Of a stretch of 64,000 nucleotides of DNA, positions 21,227 through 30,617 are shown in pieces; position 1 is the stretch's first letter; the number at the start of each line of letters is the position of its first letter. Source of the DNA: an uncultured delta proteobacterium (GTDB taxonomy: Bacteria; Desulfobacterota; RBG-13-43-22). The position numbers and the translations under genes are program-made. The notes beneath the pieces are model-generated. The model searched no databases and was not told the origin of the DNA. It was given only the letters and a program-made list of their open reading frames with translations. The stretch is from NCBI GenBank assembly GCA_963743305.1, contig CAVUPH010000026.1, forward strand, positions 1 through 64,000. Direction: 5' to 3'.

Positions 21227-23311
21227 GTTATAAATTCGATCGTAGGGGAAATTATTGTTTTTGAGGTAATCGGAGGGAAGGACCATAATAGGCATTTGCT
21301 GCACCGGATAATGGCTGCCCAACCAGGTCAGGACCTTAAGAAAAACATCAAAAGGCAAATGCTGATGGTCCAGGATGAACAGGCTGGCCGAATTGGTTAA
21401 TTCCGAGAGGTTCAACCCCATATTGGTCCTGGTGATGGACAGCACGAGGTAGAGATCTTTATTTTTTCTTAGGGCGAGAACATCTCTCTCCCGATAGAGA
21501 CCGGCTCGGGTGTAAGCTGGGCTCAGCGTATCCACGCCGATCCGGGAAGGCTTCAAGTCCAGGGCTTCCAAAAGCAACCCTCCGGAATAATCCTGGTAAA
21601 ATTCAGCCAATCTTTCCATATCCTCGGGTTCAGCCTTTTCAATCACCCACGAGTCCGGCAGGGCTTCCGGTCTTAAGTAGGAGGGGTAGTTCAAAAAAGC
21701 CAGGCCGTCTTGAGATATGGCAGCCAGGTTTTTAATTTTTCTGACCGCGCCGCCGAAAATCAGGTTGGAAAATTTATTGGTGGACTGGAAATAGCAGATG
21801 ATATATTTCATCCGCGATTGCGTTAAATTCAAGGAGTCGTTGATATACCGGTGGAGTTGGTAAAGCAGGGTCAAACCCACTTTTTTATATCGAAATTCAG
21901 GGTCGGCCGCGTAATGATGGATCATCCAGGCATTCTCATACACCCGCAACATCCCGATGTGGCCCTGGATTTCTCCACGCTCCTGGTAGGTGAAATGGCG
22001 GGCGATTTCGGGGTGATTCATATAAACGTTTTTATAAATCTCCGGCAGGTGCTGCTTGTTCTTTAAAATCTGTTGATATTTCTGGGGATAAATAAAACCC
22101 GACCGAAAAAACAAAGACCATAAGGATTCAAAATCGATCGGGCCACCCATCTCCACGTTTTGGTTGACGGTTTTATTTAAAAGATTGGACAGCCTTAAAT
22201 GGTCCTCCGTGGAAATATCCAAGATAAAAAAACCGAATTGCACCCTGGTCCCATGGGGTTGTTTGCGGTAAATAATCTGCCCTCGACATTTCAGGCAGGA
22301 TAAATCGGGAAATTCAATTTTAATCTCCGGGAGGATCAGACCGGGAATCAGGTTGGCGTTTTCCGTCTCTTCTTGCTCCACCGAAAACCCGGTGATGGAT
22401 ATATCCTGGGCCGGGAATTTAATCAGTTTTTTAATGAGGGGATGTTGAAAGATGATGTTGGGCGGCGGGGACAGTCTGAAGCGATCGGTTCGGAGTTCCC
22501 TTTTTTTGACCCGCTCGAAGCCATCCTCCAAAAGCCGCAAGACCACGACCCGGTCCCGCTGCTGGTCCCATTCCTTTAAAAGGGTGGCCCTGCCCGAATA
22601 AACGACCTCACCCTCTTCGGTGCTGAGCTGGATAGTCAACGGCTTGTCGGGATTGATCCAATTCCATTGGGATAGTTCGGCTTCGGGAATCAAAATCCGC
22701 AGGCTGGTGATACTGAATTCGTTTAAGCGACCCCGGCAACTGAACCCGTCTTGAAAGAAGTGCCCCCGCATCGACTGGCAGACAAACCGCCGGTTTTTTC
22801 GGGAGGCGACCTCAACCCCTTTAAGGGGAATTTTCAGAAACAGATGATCCTCTTCCAGCCGGATATCCTCCGGTTTGGCGATGACCACCGACCGGCCTTC
22901 ATCGATCAATAAACAAACCAGACGGGCATCCCGGGGAATGGCCGGGGATCCCTGGCTTCCTTCAAAGAGGAAATCAACTCGATCATTTTGAACGGGAGAA
23001 GGTTTGACCGGGGACAAAAGAAGTTTTTTATATCGCGGGTGACTGAAGACTAAGAAAACATCCTTTTCAAAAAAATTATTAAAATTGACCAGGTTAACCA
23101 ACTGGTTATGATGAAGGATTTTGATATTGGCCGGCAGGTTGTGGCCTTCCGGCCCCGCCTCCTGCAGCCACTCTTCCGTCAAATCCAAGAGACTCAACAG
23201 GTCTTTATATTGCAGGGGCTCCCTTTCAGGATGAGGGTCTTCACTCCCGTTGGGTATCGGTTTCTCTTCCCTGGAATTTGGAATTGAAAAAGGGCGATCG
23301 GATTCCGGCAT
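21146..23311 (-). CDS. Multi-PilZ-like protein with a probable C-terminal GNAT-like region
   Basis: RKNRRF/NEFS and RTDRF/DISITGFS resemble RxxxR and DxSxxG motifs; C-terminal GHIGMLRVYENAWMIHH. Confidence 0.6.
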   Translation of the reverse strand: MPESDRPFSIPNSREEKPIPNGSEDPHPEREPLQYKDLLSLLDLTEEWLQEAGPEGHNLPANIKILHHNQLVNLVNFNNFFEKDVFLVFSHPRYKKLLLSPVKPSPVQNDRVDFLFEGSQGSPAIPRDARLVCLLIDEGRSVVIAKPEDIRLEEDHLFLKIPLKGVEVASRKNRRFVCQSMRGHFFQDGFSCRGRLNEFSITSLRILIPEAELSQWNWINPDKPLTIQLSTEEGEVVYSGRATLLKEWDQQRDRVVVLRLLEDGFERVKKRELRTDRFRLSPPPNIIFQHPLIKKLIKFPAQDISITGFSVEQEETENANLIPGLILPEIKIEFPDLSCLKCRGQIIYRKQPHGTRVQFGFFILDISTEDHLRLSNLLNKTVNQNVEMGGPIDFESLWSLFFRSGFIYPQKYQQILKNKQHLPEIYKNVYMNHPEIARHFTYQERGEIQGHIGMLRVYENAWMIHHYAADPEFRYKKVGLTLLYQLHRYINDSLNLTQSRMKYIICYFQSTNKFSNLIFGGAVRKIKNLAAISQDGLAFLNYPSYLRPEALPDSWVIEKAEPEDMERLAEFYQDYSGGLLLEALDLKPSRIGVDTLSPAYTRAGLYRERDVLALRKNKDLYLVLSITRTNMGLNLSELTNSASLFILDHQHLPFDVFLKVLTWLGSHYPVQQMPIMVLPSDYLKNNNFPYDRIYNLWVLNTGMADLYAQYLQNVFFKIKFI

Positions 23312-23611
23312 GGCCTCTTCTTTATAATAAATCAGGGGACGGATTGGGATGAAAAGGGATAATGACGCCAGAGTGTAATGGGGAATTACTAGTATGTCAA
23401 TCAAAATTTACCACTACATCTTGTATATTTTATTAAATAAATTGGCCGCGGGGGAGACGGGAATTACTAAAAATTCAACCATAAAAATAGCAATCCGGCC
23501 CTGCTCCCTCCCGGGGACCGGTCGACGATCCGCCGCTTCGGCTCATACCCTGCGGCACCGCTTTTTATTGCAGGACCTGAGGGAGAAGCATTACCTGAAA
23601 TGGAACTGCTG

Positions 23612-23711
23612 AGGGCTTCAACCGGACCCGAACCACGCGGGACACTTAGCGTGGCATTCCAGGTAAGCTTGTCGGCCGCGTGGCTTGGGCCGGTTAAGCT
23701 CTTGATTGGGC
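23612..23711 (+). other. attC-like site
   Basis: The arms agggcttCaaccggAcccgaaccacgcgg and ccgcgtggcttgggccggttaagctct pair with two unpaired bases. A 6-nt spacer leads to R' ATTGGGC, which matches GCCCAAC at 24374-24380 after mazF. Confidence 0.75.
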
Positions 23712-23736
23712 AGTGAAATCACAAACTATTGAATCC

Positions 23737-23765
23737 TTGACTTATAAAATAGATGTAATTACAAT
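23737..23765 (+). promoter_or_regulatory. Sigma70 promoter and operator palindrome of mazEF
   Basis: TTGACT-17 nt-TACAAT, overlapped by the palindrome TGTAATTACA. Confidence 0.7.
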
Positions 23766-23797
23766 GTAGTCACTAATAGGTTTAGGAGGTCAAGACA

Positions 23798-24052
23798 ATG
23801 AGAGCACGAATTGTTAAAATAGGAAATTCCCAAGGAATCCGTATACCAAGACCATTACTTGATCAAACTGGAATTATGGATGACGTTGAGCTTGAGGTAG
23901 AGAAAACCCAAATCATTATTCGCCCGGTCACAAATCCACGGTCAAATTGGGACAATGCTTTCAAAGCAATGGCCAAGAACGGTCATGACGCGTTGATAGA
24001 CGGAAACGATAGTATTTTACATTCCTGGGATGATAAGGAATGGCAATGGTAG
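23798..24052 (+). CDS. mazE: AbrB/MazE-family antitoxin
   Basis: IVKIGNSQGIRIP...IIIRP, C-terminal EWQW; overlaps the toxin gene. Confidence 0.9.
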   Translation: MRARIVKIGNSQGIRIPRPLLDQTGIMDDVELEVEKTQIIIRPVTNPRSNWDNAFKAMAKNGHDALIDGNDSILHSWDDKEWQW

Positions 24053-24369
24053 TGAACCGATTCGATGTGTATTTGATCAATCTCGATCCTACTGTTGGTT
24101 CTGAAATTCAGAAAACACGACCCTGCGTTATTATTTCACCGGACGAAATGAACCGGCATATCCGCACCGTCATCATTGCCCCGCTGACGACCGCAGGGAA
24201 AGAGTATCCCACACGAATACCGTGTGAATTTAAGAAGAAAAAGGGACATATCGTCTTAGACCAGATACGAACGATCGACAAAAAAAGACTGATAAAAAAC
24301 CTCGGCGTACTTGATGCGGAAACCCAGTTAAAGGTTGTTTCCGTCTTACAGCAGCTATTTGCATTTTAA
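24040..24369 (+). CDS. mazF: PemK/MazF-family toxin
   Basis: LDPTVGSEIQKTRPCVIISP...APLTT...DQIRTIDK. Confidence 0.93.
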   Translation: MAMVVNRFDVYLINLDPTVGSEIQKTRPCVIISPDEMNRHIRTVIIAPLTTAGKEYPTRIPCEFKKKKGHIVLDQIRTIDKKRLIKNLGVLDAETQLKVVSVLQQLFAF

Positions 24370-24490
24370 AATTGCCCAACTATTTGAACCCTCCCACAAT
24401 GGTCCGCCGCCCCAGCCCCATATCCTGCGGCACCGCTCTTTATTAGACAGGACTTGCCGGATCGACCGGAACCGTTGGCCCGGCCGGATG

Positions 24491-24634
24491 CCGGGACAAA
24501 AGAGTCCTCTCCGCCTCCGGCGGATAAAGGTTGCCCCCTTCCTTCCGGGATGAGAGCAATAATCATGGATATGCTGTTAATCCTGTTTAAATTTTAGGCA
24601 TATATTGACATTTGAAATGATTTAATTAGGATAT
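24491..24634 (+). repeat. ~140-nt repeat ending in a TTGACA-16-TAGGAT promoter-like sequence, copy 1
   Basis: ccgggacaaaa...ccgcctccggcggataaaggttgc...aatcatg...atcctgt recurs at 25713-25853. Confidence 0.75.
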
Positions 24635-24673
24635 CTTTAGAATAACTTGAACGGACATGTGGTGGGGGGTCGT

Positions 24674-25174
24674 ATGACGGCTAAAGTGAACTTCGTCCGG
24701 CAGCAGGGCTTTAGGGACGCCTCGTCGGCTACCGGTGTGCACCAGTACCCAGCCTTGATGTGGCAGCCGCGCGCCATCGGGATTCTCGTCTTGGTTGGCC
24801 TGGCGGTCCAGGCCTGGCCCTACTTCCTGGCTCTGTCGGCGCTCCTCTGGTGGAACGTGGCCTTGCCACATCTCAATCCCTTTGACGCCCTCTATAACAC
24901 CCTGGTGGCGAAACCCAAGGGCCTGCCGCGGTTGGGCCCAGCGCCGGGCCCCCGCCGGTTCGCGCAAGGCATGGCGGGGACCTTCATGCTCGCCATCGGG
25001 CTGACGCTCTTCTCTGGCTGGCACACCTTTGCCTGGGCGCTCGAGGCACTCCTGCTCGTCGCTCTGGGAGCCCTGATCTTCGGCCGTTTTTGCCTGGGCT
25101 CCTACCTCTTTCTCCTCTTCACCGGGCAGGTTAGGTTTGCGAACCGAACCCTTCCGTGGACCCGTACCGAGTAG
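24674..25174 (+). CDS. DUF4395-like membrane protein
   Basis: PRRFAQGM and FGRFCLG motifs with hydrophobic segments. Confidence 0.75.
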   Translation: MTAKVNFVRQQGFRDASSATGVHQYPALMWQPRAIGILVLVGLAVQAWPYFLALSALLWWNVALPHLNPFDALYNTLVAKPKGLPRLGPAPGPRRFAQGMAGTFMLAIGLTLFSGWHTFAWALEALLLVALGALIFGRFCLGSYLFLLFTGQVRFANRTLPWTRTE

Positions 25175-25255
25175 CCTCTCGCCGGTCTGGGGGAATGGCG
25201 AGGACCGTCGAACAAGGGAATGAAGCGGATGAAACATAAGTGTACCGGAGGAACA

Positions 25256-25681
25256 ATGTATAAACTGTTTGGCGTTTTGATCGGGATCCTGGTTTGCACT
25301 TCCGTCGCAGCGGCGGATGAAAACGACTTTAGATGCCTTAAATCAATGGGGGTAAAGACGCCTCTCAGGCTTCAGTTTGTGTTCCAAACGGACAAGCCCG
25401 ACGTGGGCTCCGTTATCTACCAAAATGGCAGCAGGCCTATCGCGGTGAAAAAATTAAAAGAACGAGAAGTGCGGGGAGTACCGGGCGGAAGACCGTCGGT
25501 AACTGAAACCCAATGGGAAGAAATTACTTCAGACGGTACCGGTGGAAAATATATTATTGTCAGTCAAGGTGCACGAATATCTGAATTTCGATACATTCGA
25601 AAAAAAGATGGAAAACTATTTAAATTCGAAGAAGACGTGGAGGCATCCACTGAGAAGGGATGCGAGTGGAACAAAAAATAG
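25256..25681 (+). CDS. Exported hypothetical protein
   Basis: RBS ggagga, signal peptide ending VAAA and two Cys residues. Confidence 0.7.
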   Translation: MYKLFGVLIGILVCTSVAAADENDFRCLKSMGVKTPLRLQFVFQTDKPDVGSVIYQNGSRPIAVKKLKEREVRGVPGGRPSVTETQWEEITSDGTGGKYIIVSQGARISEFRYIRKKDGKLFKFEEDVEASTEKGCEWNKK

Positions 25682-25712
25682 AACCGATTAAAAAACGAGG
25701 CACTCTCTTATT

Positions 25713-25853
25713 CCGGGACAAAAAGCGTCCTCCCCGCCTCCGGCGGATAAAGGTTGCTCCCTTCATTCCGGAAAGGAGCAAAAATCATGTATATCCTGTT
25801 GATCCTGTCTGTCAGGAGATTTGTTGACAATTTCAATAAATTAAGTAGGATAT
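25713..25853 (+). repeat. ~140-nt repeat with promoter-like end, copy 2
   Basis: Matches 24491-24634; TTGACA at 25824 and TAGGAT at 25846. Confidence 0.75.
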
Positions 25854-26021
25854 GACAAGTTTGGCAACGAAAGGGGTATGGGTTTTCTTTTTTGGACCCG
25901 TGGAAATCATCTGGTTGCTGTAGTTCAAAATAAACAACAGAATAATTTGATGGGCCGGCGGCCCATCGGCTAGGCTGCGGAGCGCCCCATCAACAAGATT
26001 ATTAGGCCCGCGGGTCCCCCG

Positions 26022-26080
26022 GACCATCAAACGGATCGAGCAGACGCGCCAAGGAGCGCTCCTCATCCTGGGGGTTAGTC
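26022..26080 (+). other. attC-like site upstream of tcmP
   Basis: Arms ggatCgagcagacgcgc and gcgctcctcatcc; R' GTTAGTC; degenerate R'' GACCATC. Confidence 0.6.
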
Positions 26081-26155
26081 GCCAACGCAAATCTAGCCGA
26101 ACCGATATCCTTCGATGTCAGCCTCGGCAGCTACAATCATTTGGAGGAGGAGAGC

Positions 26156-27078
26156 ATGCGCAAGTTCGGGGGAGCTGGAGCGAATCGAAGCTGGGCTGCG
26201 TCGAGGACTACACGCGCGGCTACCTTCAGGTGATGCAAAACCAGCGCTGGTACGCATTGGACTACGTTGACGCTTTCGCTGGACGTGGCAAGCAAGCGCT
26301 CAAGTCAGACTCTGACCCAGGGGCAGACGCTCCGGAGCTGGAGTCCTTCTTTGGGGACGAGTCTGATAGGGGCGACACCGAGGAGTTCTTGGTCGGGTCA
26401 GCAATTCGGGCGCTTCGCGCCTCCACCGGATCGGCTCGTGGGTTCGATCGGTTCATCTTCATCGACGCTGACAAACCGTCATGTTGCGAGCTCGAGTCAG
26501 TCGTCCTGTCCGACTTCCGAGGAATTCAGCACGCAGTCAATGTGGTCTGCGGCGACGCAAACAAGAAATTGGACGAGTACGTCGCGACGGTCGACTGGAA
26601 TCGCACGCGCGCCCTTGTCTTCCTCGATCCGTACGGACTCGAGGTCGACTGGGACCTGATCATGCGCCTCGCAGAGACTGGGGCATGCGACGTCTGGTAC
26701 CTGTTCCCGCTGGGCGGAGTAATCCGCATGATGACTAAGGACGGCCAGGTACCAGATGCCTGGAGGGCTCGGTTGAATCGGGTGTTCGGAACAGACGAGT
26801 GGTATGAGGAGTTCTACAAGCCCAGTAGACAACAATCCCTGTTCGAAGAGGAAGAGGACCGCCTCTTCAAGGATGCAACAACGCAGCACGTGGTCGATTA
26901 CGTTCGTACGCGTCTGCAGACCACCTTTCCAGCGGTCTCCAACGCTGGGATACTCAGGAACGGTAAGGGCGCTCCGCTGTTCGCGCTGGTGTTAGGCGTT
27001 TCGAATCCAAGCCAGCCAGCGCAGAAGGCCGCACTCGCAATCGCAAACCATCTGGTCAAGGACTTGAGTCAGCAATGA
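26156..27078 (+). CDS. tcmP: Three-Cys-motif partner protein (TcmP family), one frameshift near the 5' end
   Basis: [30 protein letters not shown] and FLDPYG; adjacent to DUF5131. Confidence 0.85.
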
Positions 27079-27794
27079 GCACAACGACGATAGAGTGGAC
27101 GGAGGCAACCTGGAACCCCGTGACCGGGTGCTCCAAGGTGTCGCCAGGTTGCCAGAACTGCTACGCGGAGCGCATGGCCAAGCGACTGCAGGCGATGGGG
27201 CAACCCAACTACCGTGACGGGTTCGCTGTGCGTGTTCACGACCACATGCTTGCGTTGCCTGCGCATGGGTGAAACCACGGATGGTTTTCGTCAACTCGAT
27301 GGGCGACCTGTTCCACGAGGAGGTCCCTGTCGACTTCATCCAGCGGGTCTTCGAGGTGATGCAGGGTACGCCTCGCCACACCTACCAGCTGCTCACCAAG
27401 CGCGCAGACCGGCTCGCTGAGGTTGCTCCGCTCTGCCGTGGCCCGAGAACGTGTGGATGGGGGTCACAGTCGAGGACAACGAGCGGCTCTGCCGCGTGGA
27501 GCGGCTCCGGGAGGTTCCGTCCTCCGTCAGGTTCCTGTCCGTCGAGCCGCTGCTCGGACCACTACCGGATCTGAATCTCGATGGGATTGACTGGGTGATC
27601 GTCGGTGGCGAGTCGGGCCCCGGGCACGTCCGATGCAGCGGGATTGGGTGTTCGACATACGCGATGCCTGTGGCGATCGGGCGGTGCCTTTCTTCTTCAA
27701 GCAGTGGGGCGGAGTACGCAAGAAGGCGGCTGGCAGAGAACTCGAGAATCGAGTTGGAGTCAGATGCCGGGCGTAGCGGTATGCGTGGCCTAAC
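27075..27794 (+). CDS. DUF5131 / phage Gp37Gp68-family three-Cys protein, frameshifted
   Basis: [54 protein letters not shown] and FFFKQWGG spread over several frames. Confidence 0.88.
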
Positions 27795-27844
27795 CCCGGC
27801 ATCCAGCAGACAGCCGGCTGCATCTGACGCCGAACACGTTGCCC
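27788..27844 (+). other. attC-like site closing the tcmP-DUF5131 cassette
   Basis: R'' GCCTAAC at the gene end, an imperfect stem and R' GTTGCCC. Confidence 0.6.
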
Positions 27845-27976
27845 AGCGGAATTGGGGTTTGTGGTCGGACCAGACAAACCGATTGAATTTTCATGAATTA
27901 TGTTGAATCAGGCAGACATTTGAAGTCTTAAAGTGCACTTTTTATCCCCAAAAAGAGGCTTCTAAGCTAGCAACCC

Positions 27977-28465
27977 ATGCCCAGAGCCAATCAATATTTC
28001 GTCCCCGGCCAGGTCTGGCATATTATCCATCGCTGCCACAAAAGAGATTTCTCTCTTCGATTTGAACATGGTGCGGGCGGGGGTTGTGGTTCATCCGCAG
28101 GAATGGCCCCATTATGAATACAACAGAGTTCAAAAGACCCGGGAGGATACGGCCTGATTGACCACGACAAACTGATGGGTTTGGCCGGACTGAAAAGTCG
28201 CCAGGACCTGGAGCAACTCCATAAAGAATGGATTGACGAAGGATTGGCAAAGGGGAATCCCTTCAGAGAAGACCAATGGACGGAAAGCCTGGCGGTGGGT
28301 GGAGAGGACTTTGTAAAAGAAATTCGGGACGCCTTAGGGGTCAGGGCCATGGGCCGTTCGATAATCGATGATGGTGAACAACAGCAGCTTCGGGATGTTC
28401 TACAGCCTTATAACGGCAATTTTGCCCCCGAAAAGGACCGTTTAAACAAGAATATTGGTCTGTAA
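27977..28465 (+). pseudogene. REP-associated tyrosine (Y1/RAYT-like) transposase remnant with internal deletions
   Basis: MPRANQYFVPGQVWHIIHRCHKRDF is joined to NMVRAGVVVHPQEW and to WTESLAVGGEDFV; the HUH core is missing. Confidence 0.75.
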
Positions 28466-28519
28466 AGAGGAACGTTCTTCATTTCATTCAGTTATTTTGG
28501 TTGAATCGGGGTGGGACCA

Positions 28520-28792
28520 TTTGCAGTGGCAGGTGGTTGCGATGCAATTATAACGTACAATAAACGTCAATTCAAAAACGTCTATAAATATGGAATTTCC
28601 ATTAATCAATTTGTAGCCTCTGCTGCCGCCGAAAAAATGTCCGCACTATTGACTGAAGAATACATTGAAGCAAGGGCCAAAAGGGCAAGTTTGAAAAAAT
28701 TTCAGAAAATACTCAAAAAGATTCCTGATTCAGAACCGGAAGATTACGACCGGATAAAAATAACAAATTCCGCAAAACCTGTGCCTGCATAA
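28520..28792 (+). pseudogene. Chimera of a PIN toxin C-terminus and a CopG/HicB-like antitoxin C-terminus
   Basis: AVAGGCDAIITYNKRQF..YGI runs directly into ISINQFVASAAAEKMSAL...ARAKRAS. Confidence 0.65.
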
Positions 28793-28832
28793 GACCGCGC
28801 AGGAGTCGCCGCTGGTCAGGGCGGCGTTGCCC
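28772..28832 (+). other. attC-like site
   Basis: GCAAAAC, 5 nt, cctgCataagAccgcg paired with cgccgctggtcagg, then GTTGCCC. Confidence 0.6.
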
Positions 28833-28870
28833 CTATCGGGTCCATGTCCAGGCCGGCGACGTCGCAGCGG

Positions 28871-28962
28871 CGCCAACCAAGCCATTGGACACCGATGTCA
28901 CTCGCTTGCACGGGCCTTCGGCCCCGCAAACTGCGTGCCACGGGTCAACGCCGCAATCAGGC
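28871..28962 (+). other. attC-like site upstream of hicBA
   Basis: CGCCAAC...ttggacaccg / cgggtcaa with an inner stem gggccttcggccc; degenerate R' ATCAGGC. Confidence 0.55.
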
Positions 28963-28983
28963 TTGCAAAAAAAGGAGAATTTT

Positions 28984-29193
28984 ATGAGGTCATTTACTGC
29001 TGTTATTGAAAGATGTCCGGATACCGGGTTTTATGTTGGTTATATACCTGGCTTCCCTGGCGCCCATTCCCAGGGGGAAAGTCTGGAGGAATTGAATCGC
29101 AACCTCAAAGAAGTCATTGAATTGCTTCTTGAGGAAGGTGAACCTAGGTTGGAAGCCGAGTTTGTGGGGACGCAAAACGTGGTGGTGGCATAA
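28984..29193 (+). CDS. hicB: HicB-family antitoxin (short)
   Basis: YVGYIPGFPGAHSQGESLEELNRNLKEVIEL. Confidence 0.9.
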   Translation: MRSFTAVIERCPDTGFYVGYIPGFPGAHSQGESLEELNRNLKEVIELLLEEGEPRLEAEFVGTQNVVVA

Positions 29194-29195
29194 CC

Positions 29196-29420
29196 GTGGG
29201 CGACATCCCAGTTCTCAAACCATCGGAAGTCATCGCCCTCTTGGAAGCAATGGGATTCTTCGAGGCACGGCAGAAGGGTGGGCATAAGCAGTTCAGACAT
29301 GCCGACGGAAGGGGTACCACAGTCCCTTTCCACCAAGGCCGTGACATCTCCCCTATCATTCTGCGGAGGATCGCCAAGGACATCGGATTGACGGTGCGAG
29401 AGCTCCTGAAGGTCAAATAG
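29196..29420 (+). CDS. hicA: HicA-family toxin
   Basis: RQKGGHKQFRHADGRGTTVPFH...ILRRIAKDIGL. Confidence 0.9.
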   Translation: MGDIPVLKPSEVIALLEAMGFFEARQKGGHKQFRHADGRGTTVPFHQGRDISPIILRRIAKDIGLTVRELLKVK

Positions 29421-29517
29421 GTTTCGCCGACAATAGGCTGGACAAGGAATTGAGGAATTGGGGTCCGACCCAATACCGTTAACTTAACAGATTTAGTCCT
29501 GAAATTAAGTCGTTGCG

Positions 29518-29646
29518 GTCATTCCGGCGAAAGCCCTTCGGCTTACTCAGGGCCATGAGCTTAGTCGAATGGCCGGAATCCAGGTTTTTCACGCTTTCTG
29601 GACCCCGGCTGGAGTCTATCCCGCGGACGGCGGGACCGGGGTGACG
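29518..29646. repeat. GTCATTCCGGC-type palindromic repeat with a nested second hairpin
   Basis: gtcattccggcgaaagcc[cttcggcttactcagggccatgagcttagtcgaat]ggccggaatccag...ctggaccccggc...ccggggtgac. Confidence 0.7.
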
Positions 29647-29661
29647 CTTAGGAATCCCTAG

Positions 29662-30552
29662 ATGAACGGAGAATCTGAGAATTGGCCCAGCGACCGTCAA
29701 CCCCCATAAGCGCAAGATTTCCGTGGCTTTTTTTTGGTCTGACCTATGGTCTTTCTTGGGCTATTTGGGTTCCCTACATACTATCCGGTAATGCCGTAGA
29801 CGGTCCGGTCCCTGCGCTGATTATGGCCTGCTCCGTACCGAGCCTGGTGGGGATTCTGCTGACCCATTTAACCTCAGACCACGCTGGTAGAAATGACTTC
29901 TGGAAGCGCGTTGTCAGCTTCAAGCTGATTGGGTTGAGGTGGTTCGCTGTCATTATTTGTCTGTTTCCCTTTTTGTTGGCTCTAGGTCTGCTGGCGAATA
30001 ACCTGTTCGGAGGTGCGCTTCCGCCACTCCGAGGGGCGGCGCAGACTCTCACGCGGCCCGCTGCCCTGATGCTCTTTATTGGCGCCAATATTATCGGCGG
30101 TCCCCTCGGTGAAGAACTCGGCTGGCGTGGTTTCGCCCTCGACCGCCTTCAGAACAAATGGAACGCGCTGGTTGCGAGCCTGGTTCTTGGTATTATCTGG
30201 GCGGCCTGGCACCTCCCGCTTTTCTTTATCAAAGGCACTCCTCAACAAGGAATGGGATTTGGGCACCTTTCTTTTCTGGCTTTGGAGTCTCCAGGTTGTG
30301 TCTCTGTCGGTATTTACTACCTGGGTTTACAACAATACCCATCGCAGCATCTTATCAGCGGTCTTCATGCATTTCATGTTCAATTCAACCTATGGAATCA
30401 TTCAGCAAGATGGACTCCCATTGCCGCTAAGCACATTTGCAGCCAATACGGGGATTATTGCCGTCGCCGTGGTGATTGTTATCGGCTTGTGGGGATCCAA
30501 AACCATGATGTTCCACGGTGACGGCCAGGAGGACGTGACAGACGCCCATTGA
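29662..30552 (+). CDS. CPBP (CAAX/Abi) intramembrane metalloprotease, one frameshift
   Basis: GEELGWRG and WAAWHLP; then YNNTHRSILSAVFMHFMFN in another frame. Confidence 0.88.
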
Positions 30553-30617
30553 ACTATCAAATTCGGGGGGGGGGAGATATGAGAACTCCCCCAACGAATA
30601 AGGATTGAGATGACCAA

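Noticed and set aside
25852-25935. Tiny ORFs after the second promoter-like repeat
   Set aside because: They are too short and have no recognisable motif; they may be a gene remnant.
27075-27794. Prophage suggested by the Gp37/Gp68-family gene and polB
   Set aside because: No capsid, terminase, tail or integrase genes are present; the contexts are a cassette and an SOS operon.
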